The notes beneath the pieces were generated by a model, which was not told where the DNA came from, did not search any database, and was given only the letters and a program-made list of their open reading frames with translations. A stretch of DNA of 47,365 nt. Source: Trichomonas gallinae (lineage: Eukaryota). Of the stretch, positions 10,143 to 20,668 are shown piece after piece. The stretch spans positions 1 to 47,365 of the forward strand of contig MRSU01009225.1 of the NCBI GenBank assembly GCA_008369845.1. Reading direction: 5' to 3'. The first letter of the stretch is position 1, and every line of letters starts with the position of its first letter. A program made the position numbers and the translations under genes.

Positions 10143-12263
10143 TTAAATATAATTTACACATCCTGATGCATCAAGTTTGATGAACTGTCTCTTGTTGAGT
10201 GAGTTGAGTCTCTTTTCGTAAAGTTCGTCGTCCATTCTGAACTTAAGAGCATCCTTCAATCTTAATTTCAAGTCTTCCCTGTCCAAACTCTTCTCCTGTT
10301 TCAATACTCTGACAACCATGGCGTCTATCTGCGTCTCTCTATCCTGCATGATGGCATTTTTCGTTCTCTCATCATCTTTCTGCGAAATCGGTGGGAATGC
10401 GAAAGCAATATTAAGGACCTCTCCGTCAACAGCAGCATCTGGGTTGATCTTGACCATCTGGTGAACGAGTAGTATCAGATTTCCAGCGCGCTTTCTCTTC
10501 AAAACTTCTGTCATCTCTTCGACTTCTTTCTGATCGATCTTCGTTGATTTCGCGATTTGCGAGACAAGCATTGACGGGAATTCGTTGAACGCGAGAAGAT
10601 AGGAAGCATAGAGGCCGTTGCATTTAATGGTCCTTATGCCTTTGACGTTCTTCACTTGCAGCTTAACGCGCGTCAACTGCAATGAATGCGTGATTTTCTT
10701 TTTCTTTTCTGCGACAGCTTTGCCTTCAAAGGCCTGCAGATACGGAAGGACCTGCTGCGGGATGATGGCCTCGCTTGGCTCGATGCCTGGCCAGCTTTCT
10801 TGTGAAAACATGACGCAATTGAACCAATTTGGAATTGGTTGTTCTTCTTTGAGTGCATCCATGATTTCTAATGACTGCTTCAGGCCTTCGAACATCATTC
10901 TGAGACCTTTAGTGTATTCTGGGCCGCAGAGTTCTTGTAATTCTTGGAGGAATTTAAGATCGTCTTCAACAGTGTGGCGCTTCATTAGAAGGATGCGCTT
11001 GGCAAGGAAGTATGCATGATAAGAAACAAAAACATCCTTGTAAGAAAGGATTTTGAAGACATCTAAGATTTGCTTCAAATTTTCTTCTGGAATTTGAGCG
11101 CTGATGAATTCTCTGTTAACTTCTATTGCGAGGAGTCTTGCAGCAACGTCCGGGCTATTGTTAAAACCTTTGTCAAATGCAGAACGAATCGTTTTAACAT
11201 GTTCTGGAGAGAACTGGGCTGCTTCGTTGAACAAAATCATTGTTCTGTGGAGGTCCAATATGTGGGCAATTGGGTTTTCCAAGTTAAAGCAGTCTGCTTC
11301 GGCTTCGAAAACATGTGATAATCTTCTCACGAATTCGTTGATTTTATCTGTTTCTTTGGCGAGTTTAACGCATATCTTTATGGACTCAGCGTTTTTCTCT
11401 TTAACAATGACTGGAAGGCCAACTCTGACAATTTGAGCGAATTTGGAAGTAAAAATGAGATTATAGAGGTGGCTTTGCAGTTTTCTGAGAGATGATGGCG
11501 GAATGAATTGGTCGGCATCATTAATTTCGCTTTGCACGAGATCTACCGCTTGAATAAGATATTCGTTAAGCGGGCCTTCAAATGCAGCATCCACTTGGTC
11601 TTTAATGCGCTCAATGACTGATTCAATCATCTTTGGTAGGAAAATTTCGTCGAAAAGTCCACTTTCGCGAACAAAATTAAAAGCGAGCTTCACTTTCTGG
11701 TAGTTTTCTGGTGATCTGTCATGGTTGTACGATTTAATAATTATATCGCAAAGAATTTCGAACGTAACTAAAGCATTTTCCGAATTTTCTTTTACAACAT
11801 GTTCAAAAACTGGACGTAAAGTCGGAAGCTGGCTTGATTTGGTTGATAATGGAGAGAATGAAATTGATATTTCGTTGATTTTCGAGGAAACATCTGACCA
11901 AAAGCTTCCAATTTCTCCGGCATCTTTAAATTTAGAGATCTGAGATGTTACACTGTTTGCATAATCGACTACATGTTTTGAGACGCATTCGTGAAGTTGT
12001 TTTCCTTCTTCAAAGTCATTATCTTTTGGAATTGATAATTGTCTCGAAATATCAATGAAAGATTTGCTTGGAAGCGAAAAATCGCCTTCATCTAAGACTT
12101 TCTTGAGGTTATCTTCGACTTCATCCTTGAAAAGCTCGAATTTTGGTTCTGGAATATCATCAAACGGCGATTTGAACGTTTTAGTCGATGATCTGACGTT
12201 TCGGAACATTCCTACAAAGATTTTCTTTGAGGATGGATTCGTGCCTAAACCGTTTGAAGCCAT
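10143..12263 (-). CDS. Cullin family protein (divergent, CUL4-like N-terminus)
   Basis: Cullin homology motifs (KDVFVSYHAYFLAKRIL; LQELCGPEYTKGLRMMF; VMFSQESWP) and a C-terminal neddylation winged-helix (QDRETQIDAMVVRVLKQEK). Start moved to ATG 12263 (MASNGL). Confidence 0.88.
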   Translation of the reverse strand: MASNGLGTNPSSKKIFVGMFRNVRSSTKTFKSPFDDIPEPKFELFKDEVEDNLKKVLDEGDFSLPSKSFIDISRQLSIPKDNDFEEGKQLHECVSKHVVDYANSVTSQISKFKDAGEIGSFWSDVSSKINEISISFSPLSTKSSQLPTLRPVFEHVVKENSENALVTFEILCDIIIKSYNHDRSPENYQKVKLAFNFVRESGLFDEIFLPKMIESVIERIKDQVDAAFEGPLNEYLIQAVDLVQSEINDADQFIPPSSLRKLQSHLYNLIFTSKFAQIVRVGLPVIVKEKNAESIKICVKLAKETDKINEFVRRLSHVFEAEADCFNLENPIAHILDLHRTMILFNEAAQFSPEHVKTIRSAFDKGFNNSPDVAARLLAIEVNREFISAQIPEENLKQILDVFKILSYKDVFVSYHAYFLAKRILLMKRHTVEDDLKFLQELQELCGPEYTKGLRMMFEGLKQSLEIMDALKEEQPIPNWFNCVMFSQESWPGIEPSEAIIPQQVLPYLQAFEGKAVAEKKKKITHSLQLTRVKLQVKNVKGIRTIKCNGLYASYLLAFNEFPSMLVSQIAKSTKIDQKEVEEMTEVLKRKRAGNLILLVHQMVKINPDAAVDGEVLNIAFAFPPISQKDDERTKNAIMQDRETQIDAMVVRVLKQEKSLDREDLKLRLKDALKFRMDDELYEKRLNSLNKRQFIKLDASGCVNYI

Positions 12264-12939
12264 TTTTAAGTTTGTAAAAAAATCTGAAAAAGTGGAATAT
12301 TTTGTCATGTAAAAAGCAAATTCTGTCATATAAAATAATGTTTTGACAAATAAAGTATTCTTATGCATTCTTTTAGGATGGAAAGATAAGAAGGGTAGAA
12401 GCACATGAAAATACCTTTTTAGAGCTTGAAACTTTGGCAAATAAATATCATGTGTATATATGCAAAATAGAAGTCGATATTTGTCTCGAGGCGCCTCGAA
12501 TGTAAGCTATTCAATATTTGAATTGTTTACACAATTAAGGCATTTTTTTTTTTGTAAAATTGTCACGTAAAGTTACACGTCAAAATATTATTTTTATTGT
12601 CATATTTCATTTAGCTGTTAATCTTTCATGTGAAAATTACAGCAAAAAATAGTCATCCATTCTTATAACAACTAAAATATATGAACCACATTTGACTTGT
12701 TAATACAACCAGCCATCTTGCTAATCTATACATTCAAGATACTACGAGATGCCGAGAAATTTCAACACCAAAACAGATTTTGGAAAAATTAAACTATTGA
12801 CATGTAAAATTCTTGTTTTGTCATGTAAATCATTGTCAAAAAAGAGAGTTTTTGTTTATCTTAGAACAATGAGAAGTATAATATTAAAATGCTTTTTTTC
12901 GACTGGAAAAATCATTTTTTATTTTTCGTGAAGAATTAA

Positions 12940-13536
12940 ATGGCAGCAGAACTCGAAAGATTTGTTTACTTGCTTACAAATAGGCTTTCCGATGATGAAA
13001 AGAAACGACAAGTCGAGGAATACAAGAAAATAATCAATAACCATGTAAATCAAATAAATGGCTCGTATAATGAAAATAACAAGCTAGAATTCGAAAAATA
13101 CGCAAAAATATTGATTAAAATATCCATGGTATCCAACCAGTACCAAATATTTCAAGATATGAAACATTGTTATTCTGAATTTATTACAAAATTAAAGAGC
13201 GATGCAGCAGAAATTGCAAAATTATCAACACGAGATGCATCCGTCTTAAATCCATCAGAAAGACTTGCATATCTAAAATATTGGAAAAAACAACGCATTG
13301 AGACTGAAAATACAAGATTAAAGAGAACAGAGGATGAGATTTTCATGAAACATCTCAGCGACGAAATTGATAGATATAATAAAATTAATTCTTCTTTTCA
13401 AGCACGTGTTGATAAAAAACATTCCTCTGTTGAAAAGAGAACGCAAGTTATACAATCAGACTTAATATATCTTATTGATTATCTTAATCGATCAATCAAT
13501 AGCAAAAATTCCCAGTCGAACCAACCAAAGAATTAG
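12940..13536 (+). CDS. Hypothetical coiled-coil protein (198 aa)
   Basis: Clean ORF with AAATG start context, an Inr TCATTT at ~12912 and helical charged composition. Confidence 0.75.
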   Translation: MAAELERFVYLLTNRLSDDEKKRQVEEYKKIINNHVNQINGSYNENNKLEFEKYAKILIKISMVSNQYQIFQDMKHCYSEFITKLKSDAAEIAKLSTRDASVLNPSERLAYLKYWKKQRIETENTRLKRTEDEIFMKHLSDEIDRYNKINSSFQARVDKKHSSVEKRTQVIQSDLIYLIDYLNRSINSKNSQSNQPKN

Positions 13537-14119
13537 AAATCATATATACTTAATTAATATTTATTAGTTTTGTCTATTGAATTAAATCAATTTTTGCAAA
13601 AATATTGATTTCATATGTAAAATGTTTGTTTTGCTTGATGTATTCACACATACTTCGAGATTATTTTTAATTCATATAGCTAAGATCTTCAATTAAAAAA
13701 CAATACATTTGAAAATAATAATCAATTATTCAACGAAGCTTGGGTCCTAAATTAATATAAAAAACCTATACTTTTAGCAAGCTTAGTATTGTTTTTTTTT
13801 AAAAAAAAAAAAAAAACAATAAGAATTCCATCCAAAGAATTAAAATCAGTGCTTTGTAGGTAGATACAAAGCTTAGAGATTATTATCATAAGTCTAGGAG
13901 GCTACTATTCATAGAGATTATTTATATATAAGCTAAATGTTTCAATAGCTTTCCCATCTTGAGTTACTCAACTAATTATTGGGAACTCGAAAAAATAAGA
14001 CTTATAAAAAGTGACACTTAGGGAAAATTTACAAAAAATAACCTTTTCTAAAATTTATCACTTTTTTCTATACAAAAATTACATTTACTCATAACGAACA
14101 AATGAAAAAAGATTAAAAT

Positions 14120-14430
14120 CTATTCTGTCTTTTCGACGCTTTCCTGTTCTTGGACCTGTTCTGGTTGCTGGGCTTGCTCATGCTGTGATTCCTGCTGTTG
14201 GACCTGCTCTTCTTCTTGCTTTGTCTCTTGTTGCTGAGACTGTTCTTCTTCTGGCTTTGTCTCCTGTTGTTGAGCCTGCTCTTGTTCCGGTTGTGTCTCT
14301 GGTTGTTCAGTTTTCTCTGGTTCTGGAGCTGCTTCTTGTGGTTGAGCTTGCTCTGTCTCTGTTTGTGGTTGTTCTGGCTCTGGAACAGGTTGTTCTTCAA
14401 CATTCTCTTCCTTTTCCTCTTCTTCACTCT
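14120..14430 (-). repeat. Coding low-complexity Q/E/P repeats (~12-aa unit QQQETK.EEEQ.)
   Basis: AQQQETKPEEEQSQQQETKQEEEQVQQQES in the translation. Confidence 0.8.
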
Positions 14431-15859
14431 TTCTAGACTCTATAATCTCTTCTGCATCCTTCCTGTCGCTGTCTTCGTCCTCTTCTTCGTCTTCATCTGT
14501 TGTAGATGATGACATCGAAGAAGATGATGACGAATCATCATCGTTGACCTGGTTAACAATGATGATCTCGTCGACCTCAACGTCGTCATCGTCATCGCTG
14601 GATGATGACTCTGAGATGATCCTGTTGTCGTCGCTGTCAGTAGAAGAAGAAATGTCCATGATTCCTTCATCTGAGCTCTTGATAACATCCTCGTCGGAAG
14701 ATGTGGACCTCTCTCCGTAATGCTTTTCGCGGAGATGTGCTCTTTCGTCGAGCTTCGGGATGAATTGAACCCATTCATCGGATTGTGAAATTCCCTTTTC
14801 TTTCGCGATCTCTGAAAGGAGGCAGATATGGAAGTTTGTCTTTGTCTTTTCGAAGGCTTCGATGATTTGAGTTGTCAAATGATGAGCTTTATCGAATTCT
14901 TGGAATTGTTCATTTGTCATAGCCTGGAAAGAGCTGATAATTCCATCATTGAGGAATGTCGATGTGCCCTTGTCAAAGATCTTTAAGAGAATTTCTGGTT
15001 TGTCTGTTGTAATAATGCGTAAAGCTGCAGCAAGAACGTTTTGTGGCTGCTCGGCTGTAAAATCGAAGCGAGATGCAGCCTGAGCGACAACTTCTTTCAA
15101 GTCTGGGCGTTCCTTTATTTCTGATTTCAACAGCGCCAATAAATTAAATGTTTCTATTTGAATTAAGACGCTGTTTTCTGGATTTGTTGCAACATTGAGC
15201 AAGTTTGTGATAACTTGCGGGTTGCAAATCTCAGGCATCAGTATATTATTGTTTTTGACGATATCTTTAATCGCTGTAATGCTGTACCAACCATTGACGT
15301 TATTGATAGATTGTGATAATGCGATGAACAATTCATCAGTGACTTGGAAAACGGCTTGATATTCAGTGCAAAGAATAACAAATAAGTCACGTAAGCCGAT
15401 GCATGTCATACTGTGTATGAGGAACTCCTTGAGATCCTCAATTTGCTTAAGAAACTGTCCACTGCTGAATCTTGCCAGTGATTCAACGATCTTTGCATAA
15501 TGACCACAAGCGCGAGGATTGGAATTGAACTCTGATTTGGGGAATGCTGCTATCCTGCTCACGAATTCAGTTGTATTGAGTAAACGATTCATCATGTTTG
15601 ACATACCAGTAGATAAAACGGAAACAGCTGTTCGAACTGTTTTTGCGGGAAGTTTTGTATCAGGTGTGATTCCGTTGAAAGCGAGATCAAGGAGTCTGTT
15701 GATGTTTTGTGGCTTGACCAAGAATGAAATTAAAAGTGGAATTCCATTTCTAATGCCTGCCATGAAAGCTGGGTCATCGAGGACCATTTCTACTGTTGTA
15801 TCCTCCTTTTCAACAAGTGCTTCAATACTCGCGAGGCTTGTAGCCCCGAAAGTCCACAT
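14120..15859 (-). CDS. SIT4-associated protein (SAPS/PP6 regulatory subunit)-like, with acidic and Q/E-rich tail
   Basis: N-terminus MWTFGATSLASIEALVEKEDTTVEMVLDD...LISFLVKPQNINRLLDL matches the SAPS family start; helical body followed by a D/S/E-rich disordered C-terminus. Confidence 0.72.
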   Translation of the reverse strand: MWTFGATSLASIEALVEKEDTTVEMVLDDPAFMAGIRNGIPLLISFLVKPQNINRLLDLAFNGITPDTKLPAKTVRTAVSVLSTGMSNMMNRLLNTTEFVSRIAAFPKSEFNSNPRACGHYAKIVESLARFSSGQFLKQIEDLKEFLIHSMTCIGLRDLFVILCTEYQAVFQVTDELFIALSQSINNVNGWYSITAIKDIVKNNNILMPEICNPQVITNLLNVATNPENSVLIQIETFNLLALLKSEIKERPDLKEVVAQAASRFDFTAEQPQNVLAAALRIITTDKPEILLKIFDKGTSTFLNDGIISSFQAMTNEQFQEFDKAHHLTTQIIEAFEKTKTNFHICLLSEIAKEKGISQSDEWVQFIPKLDERAHLREKHYGERSTSSDEDVIKSSDEGIMDISSSTDSDDNRIISESSSSDDDDDVEVDEIIIVNQVNDDDSSSSSSMSSSTTDEDEEEDEDSDRKDAEEIIESRKSEEEEKEENVEEQPVPEPEQPQTETEQAQPQEAAPEPEKTEQPETQPEQEQAQQQETKPEEEQSQQQETKQEEEQVQQQESQHEQAQQPEQVQEQESVEKTE

Positions 15860-15973
15860 TTTGGCAAAACCGCGATCGCACTTTTTTTTTCAAGATTTTT
15901 TTTTTCATATACATCGTCATCTTATTTTTTCATCCTATTGGCTGTGTCATTGACTTTTGGCTAGGTTATGAAA

Positions 15974-16266
15974 TGATATGGTAAAGTATTAATGTGATTT
16001 TTTTTTTTGAAAATTATTGAAGAAATTTGAATGATCCTTTTGTTAAAATTCGTGTTTGTGCCTTTGGCTTTTATCAGACCCATGCAGTGATATGGTAAGG
16101 TATTTGTAGTTTTTTTGGACGAAATTTTGAAGAAATTTGATGAATCCATTTTTAGAAATTCATGTCTGTGTCTATAGTTTTTGATTAGCTTGTGTAATGA
16201 TATGGTAAGGTATTGGTGTGCTTTTTTGGACAAAATTTTGATGAAATTTGATTGATCAATTTTTTG
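15974..16266. repeat. Degenerate tandem repeat, ~110-114 bp unit, ~2.6 copies
   Basis: TGATATGGTAARGTATT at 15974, 16088 and 16198, each followed by TTGAWGAAATTTGA. Confidence 0.85.
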
Positions 16267-16811
16267 AAATGCTGCAAGATTAATATAGCCTTTTTATGTT
16301 AACTATAGCATAAATTCACCATTCTAAGTTGCCTAATCAATAGTCATTATATCTGTAAATTATCAATTATTATTATCCAAGTCTTGAGTCAATGCTTTTG
16401 CTTTCATATTGATGTGTATAGTAATATACTAAAGTGTAAAATCGATTTTTTTAATCAGATTTCAAAATTTTGTTTCACTCAAATATGTTGGCTTTTCAAG
16501 ATTGTTTTAATTATTTTGTGATTCATAGTGCATGAATACATTGGATAAATGAGGATTTTTAGTAATTTTATATTTGAATAAAATTATCATTTGAGTATTT
16601 GCCATTTGGAACTTTTTAACATATATTTTTATGGTTTATTAATCAATTTACAGTGTAAATAACTCTTGATATTGCAATATATTTTAACAAATTTTGTTCA
16701 AACTATATCGAACTACTTAGCTGACTTTTTATCAATACATGACTGATTTTTCACATAAGTCAACTTACAAATTAGTTCATTCATATCTCATTTTTTTCAA
16801 ATTTATATCAG

Positions 16812-17006
16812 TCTTGATTTGCACGTTACTAATGAAGATTCTCAATTTACATGAAGAGTGAGAAACGAACAATGTGTAAATCCAGAATTTATAATAGAAA
16901 AATTCATTCAATACAAATAACTTAGACTTCTAGTTTCAGATCAGTTGTAACATTAGATTCTTATTGATAGATGCTCTAAAAATGAATTATAAATATAAAA
17001 AATTTG
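16812..17006 (+). repeat. Dispersed ~195-bp direct repeat, copy 1
   Basis: Colinear shared blocks with 19015-19207: TCTTGATTT, ATGAAGAYTCTCA, ATGAAGAGTRAGAAACGAA, CAGAATTTA, TAGACTTCTA, GTTGTAAYATTAGATT, TGATAG, TCTAAA.ATGA, AATATAAAAA. Confidence 0.85.
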
Positions 17007-17695
17007 AAATATAAACTTTATTACAAATATTTCTAAATTGGTTGCCCTAAGGTGGCCCCTATTGGGAGGAATTGAGAGGGAAAACGATTAAAAAGCCCCC
17101 GCCTTAGGGATCGAACATGTCCAAATTTTTTCTCATAAAAGGAGTTTATTTAGAACAATAAAACAAATATTGTATATATTGGTATAATATGTAGTTTGGA
17201 ATAGGCAAATTACTACCTTAATATCTCCTCTGAAAGAGCAAGATCTGATCTGATTACAACAATGTAGGCGAGATATTATTGTAATCACAGCACATCAATC
17301 TCAGCCTAGGTATAAAACAACAAAAATTTCAAAAATGATTAAAAATTATGATCTAATGAAGCTGAATAGTAGTCATGCATTCACAAATACCTTAGCATGG
17401 ATTATTTGGTATGATGAAGTTGAAGTGATGCTTGCATGACAAGAAATTCTAGCGAATTGTGTGGATCTTTTTTTGAGTAAGTTTCGGTACGTAAAAGATT
17501 GTCGTTATGCTTGGTGTATTAATTTATTGGCAGTGGAGATCTGGAAACTTGTGAATTTTAATTTTTTTGTTTTAGATCGAGAATTATTTTTTTGAATTCG
17601 AAGAATTGTTAGAGTAACTCACTTATTTAAATATGCTGAGCTTTTGTGAGCATTTGTAGTCTAACTTGGAAATTATTATTGTTGAATAATTATTA

Positions 17696-18901
17696 TTATT
17701 GAAGCCAAGCAGGGACAGCTCTATGAGGAATATCAAATACAGAGTTAACAGGTCCATTCTTTTCGTCATCAGGCTTCTTTGCTTTAGCATTGAAAGCAGA
17801 TGTTGGCTTCATTAGACGCTCAGGGTCTCTTTTAACGTGAGAGTACTTCTTAGCATTCTTTTCTGCAAGTTTTCTTTCCTTTTCAGCCCTTGCTTCAGCT
17901 TCTGCTTCTCTTTGTAATTGTGCTTCTTTCTGCTTTTCCAAAATTTCATCATTTCTTCTTCTTATCTTCTCCCAGTCACTAGATGAGAACCTCTGTCTAG
18001 GCCTAAAGTCAACTTCTTCTACTGGTGTCTCAACAATTGGCTTCGGTGGCTTAGATTTAACTTTCTTTTGCAGTTCTTCGAATTTTTGTTTTCTTTCTAT
18101 TTCTCTTTGCCTTCTTGCTTCTTCTTGCTGTTGTTGCTCGAGCTCCTGCTGTCTTCTCTTCTGCTCTTCTCGCTCAGCCAGACGTTGTCTGACAAGTTCT
18201 GGGTCAACTTTCGGCGAATTGCGTTCAACAATTTCGCTTTTATTCTTATTTTGTCTCGATTCGTTCAATGCTTGCTTCATTTTGACTTTAAGGCGCTGAT
18301 ATTCATTGTACCAGTCAATGTGGGCTCTGACAGCCTCTTTATCGACGTTTGGAAGGAATTCTGGAAGGTTATCAGGTCCATGAATTTGAATTTGCAACAA
18401 AAATTCAGTATGTGAACGAGAATCCCAGCCTCCAGTATGACCAAAGCGATTGACAAAGTTGTAGAATTCGTTAATTGGTGAGTCAAATGACTCTGCTGTT
18501 ATTTTAGGGCGAATCGCAGGAGTTTGAACTTCCGTTGTTCGTTTATTTCTTGTGTCTATGTCATCACAGACACTTCTTATGTTTCCATTGATCTTTTCAA
18601 GCAATGCTGCGCTTTGTACTCTTGTTTGTGTTATCTCTTTTTCGATTCTTTCTAATTTATTTTTAAAAGCACGCTCGTGAGGACGCAAATTTGTTATAGC
18701 CATGCTTAATTGTGTATATTGTTGATAGAAATTCTCGTCAGGTTGTTTGAAATACTTAAAACTGTTTAATAATCGATCATGATCTTCTTTAGACAATAAT
18801 TCAGCAGTACGTTCGAAACTTGCCGTTAATTGCCTCATTGTGTCCTTTCTAGTCTGCACGAGATTACTACACCTTGCTATCCATTCTCGTTCAGAACTCA
18901 T
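17696..18901 (-). CDS. CCDC112: Coiled-coil domain-containing protein 112-like (centriolar/ciliary)
   Basis: GHTGGWDSRSHTEFL, VRAHIDWYNEY, VKRDPERLMKPT and C-terminal IPHRAVPAW match CCDC112 family hallmarks. Confidence 0.75.
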   Translation of the reverse strand: MSSEREWIARCSNLVQTRKDTMRQLTASFERTAELLSKEDHDRLLNSFKYFKQPDENFYQQYTQLSMAITNLRPHERAFKNKLERIEKEITQTRVQSAALLEKINGNIRSVCDDIDTRNKRTTEVQTPAIRPKITAESFDSPINEFYNFVNRFGHTGGWDSRSHTEFLLQIQIHGPDNLPEFLPNVDKEAVRAHIDWYNEYQRLKVKMKQALNESRQNKNKSEIVERNSPKVDPELVRQRLAEREEQKRRQQELEQQQQEEARRQREIERKQKFEELQKKVKSKPPKPIVETPVEEVDFRPRQRFSSSDWEKIRRRNDEILEKQKEAQLQREAEAEARAEKERKLAEKNAKKYSHVKRDPERLMKPTSAFNAKAKKPDDEKNGPVNSVFDIPHRAVPAWLQ

Positions 18902-19014
18902 ACTGATATAAAATTATGTCATGTAAAATTTTTAAACGAATGCAAATGACATGTAAATAATGTAAACTGACATAAAAGTGTCAACTTTTGATTTTTTTAG
19001 AAATTTATAATAGA

Positions 19015-19207
19015 TCTTGATTTTCACTTTGCTGATGAAGACTCTCACTTCATATGAAGAGTAAGAAACGAATAATACCTGAATTCAGAATTTAAAACTA
19101 AAATTATCATTTTGTAAAAAAAATATAGACTTCTAACATTTTCTCTGTTGTAATATTAGATTTATAATGATAGTCATTCTAAACATGAGTTCTAATATAA
19201 AAATTTA
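19015..19207 (+). repeat. Dispersed ~195-bp direct repeat, copy 2
   Basis: Colinear with 16812-17006 (see copy 1). Confidence 0.85.
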
Positions 19208-19252
19208 CAATTTGAAAAATATATCAAATAATCTATAATTTACAAACAAAAA

Positions 19253-20668
19253 TCAACATGTTTCCTGTTCAATCTGGATGATTGAAGCCTCATAATAAGA
19301 AACAGCTGACATAAGTCTTCCTTTGAAGCCAGGAAGATTGGAAAACTCTTGAACATACAGCATGAGTCTGAATGGATCAGGAATGTCGCACGAACACATC
19401 ATTGCCATCCATATTTCGATGATATCATCAAAGCCAGGCATTTTATCCATGAAATTCTCAACCTCGCTTGCATGATTCGCGTTGCTTGCCCTGAGTACGC
19501 ACATCATTGACAGACTTTCGTGTGCTTTTGCGAAAATATACGCAATATCGATAGGAGTGATCGCGAAATTTGCGCTATTTATCCAATCTATTGGTGCTTT
19601 AGATACATCATCGATAGAGAACAAATCCGTTATAGGTCTGTCTTCGTATCCTTGTTTTACGTATTTTAATTTGATCCCGAATTCTTTAGGAGTCTTTTTT
19701 CTCATCACAGAGACGTTTTTTGCATATTTTTCCAGCCGATCTTGGATTGTTGGGTCTGGGTAAATCTTAGGATACAAAGCATTAAATATGAATCTTTGCA
19801 GCAAAATTGCAATCATATCTGCCCGATTGATATCTTCTGTTTTTACGAATGCGGCAACGGAAACTGTTGCGTTATCGATCCATTGACGAATGAAATCTGG
19901 GCTTAACTCGTTTTCTTCTGGAATTGGCCACAATAATTCTTTCATTAAAGGAGATTGCGGCATTTGGAAGAAGTCAAGTAAGCCATTTTCATTGACAAGC
20001 TCGGGGAAATATGTTGTGCCCGTCTTTTTCGATGATAATCCTTCTTCAATCAAATTATTCACAAATTTTATGTTTCTTGAATTGGATCTGAACGGTTTAG
20101 GTGTGTAATGAAGCACATACATGATATCTGAGATCTTTTTGCGCAGAAAATTCAGTCTTCTAAGCGGTTGTCGAGAAAAAACAAATGAAGTTCTGTCTGC
20201 TGGCGATAATAAGCGGGAAGCTTTGATCATTATAGGCATTGGATTGTTGTTTATATAGTTTAGAAGCGGAAGCATGGCTTTTAACAATTCAATTTTGTTA
20301 TTTAAAATTTCGTGGCGTAAATCTATTGATAACTTTAGATATTTGTCAATTTTTTGTCTTAGATATGTCATTTCTGCCACTAGAAAGTAGTTAAAACGAT
20401 CAGATTCTGGAATTTCGAAAGCTTCCTCTTGAAATTCCGCGTCTAATGTGTTTAAAATATCAGTAGACTCGTTAATTTTTGGAATTTCATTGATCAAGAG
20501 ATTATGAACTGATTTCAACACTCTTTTCACATAATTTTCGCATTCTGGCTCCTGCAGCAAGCATTGGTCGGGAATAGGAATCAGATACTGCGACAACTTC
20601 TTGAAATTGTATTCAGACTGGAATGTTCCACCTGTATTCATGAATTGTTGGGCAACTTCTCTCTTCAT
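19253..20668 (-). CDS. VPS9-domain-like protein (putative Rab5-family GEF)
   Basis: C-terminal TPIDIAYIFAKAHESL...PGFDDIIEIW...YVQEFS...GRLMSAVSYYEASI follows the VPS9 pattern (P..K; GADD; YI..F; LEAA). Confidence 0.65.
   Translation of the reverse strand: MKREVAQQFMNTGGTFQSEYNFKKLSQYLIPIPDQCLLQEPECENYVKRVLKSVHNLLINEIPKINESTDILNTLDAEFQEEAFEIPESDRFNYFLVAEMTYLRQKIDKYLKLSIDLRHEILNNKIELLKAMLPLLNYINNNPMPIMIKASRLLSPADRTSFVFSRQPLRRLNFLRKKISDIMYVLHYTPKPFRSNSRNIKFVNNLIEEGLSSKKTGTTYFPELVNENGLLDFFQMPQSPLMKELLWPIPEENELSPDFIRQWIDNATVSVAAFVKTEDINRADMIAILLQRFIFNALYPKIYPDPTIQDRLEKYAKNVSVMRKKTPKEFGIKLKYVKQGYEDRPITDLFSIDDVSKAPIDWINSANFAITPIDIAYIFAKAHESLSMMCVLRASNANHASEVENFMDKMPGFDDIIEIWMAMMCSCDIPDPFRLMLYVQEFSNLPGFKGRLMSAVSYYEASIIQIEQETC

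Noticed and set aside
12264..12440. N-terminal extensions in the ORF track (cullin; likewise katanin, EF-hand, 8605, 22171, 34678, 42395)
   Set aside because: They run through AT-rich promoter DNA containing Inr or motif elements, and family similarity or coding-like composition begins at the downstream ATG.
14185..14509. Leu-rich plus-strand ORFs resembling membrane proteins
   Set aside because: They are the antisense reading of the Q/E-rich repeat tail of the SAPS-like gene.
15974..16266. CRISPR-like array or the 90-aa ORF 15961-16233
   Set aside because: The intervals between conserved blocks are homologous to each other, so this is a tandem repeat; the context is eukaryotic with no cas genes. 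The ORF is a by-product of the repeat.
17190..17410. U1 or U6 snRNA (ATACCTAGG on the minus strand; TTAGCATGG on the plus strand)
   Set aside because: It lacks ACTTACC, the U1 loop motifs and a proper Sm site, and has no ACAGAGA box for U6.
19030..19080. Hammerhead ribozyme-like CTGATGA...GAAAC in repeat copy 2
   Set aside because: Stem II does not close next to the core, no stem I/III partners or NUH site were found, and copy 1 has CTAATGA.
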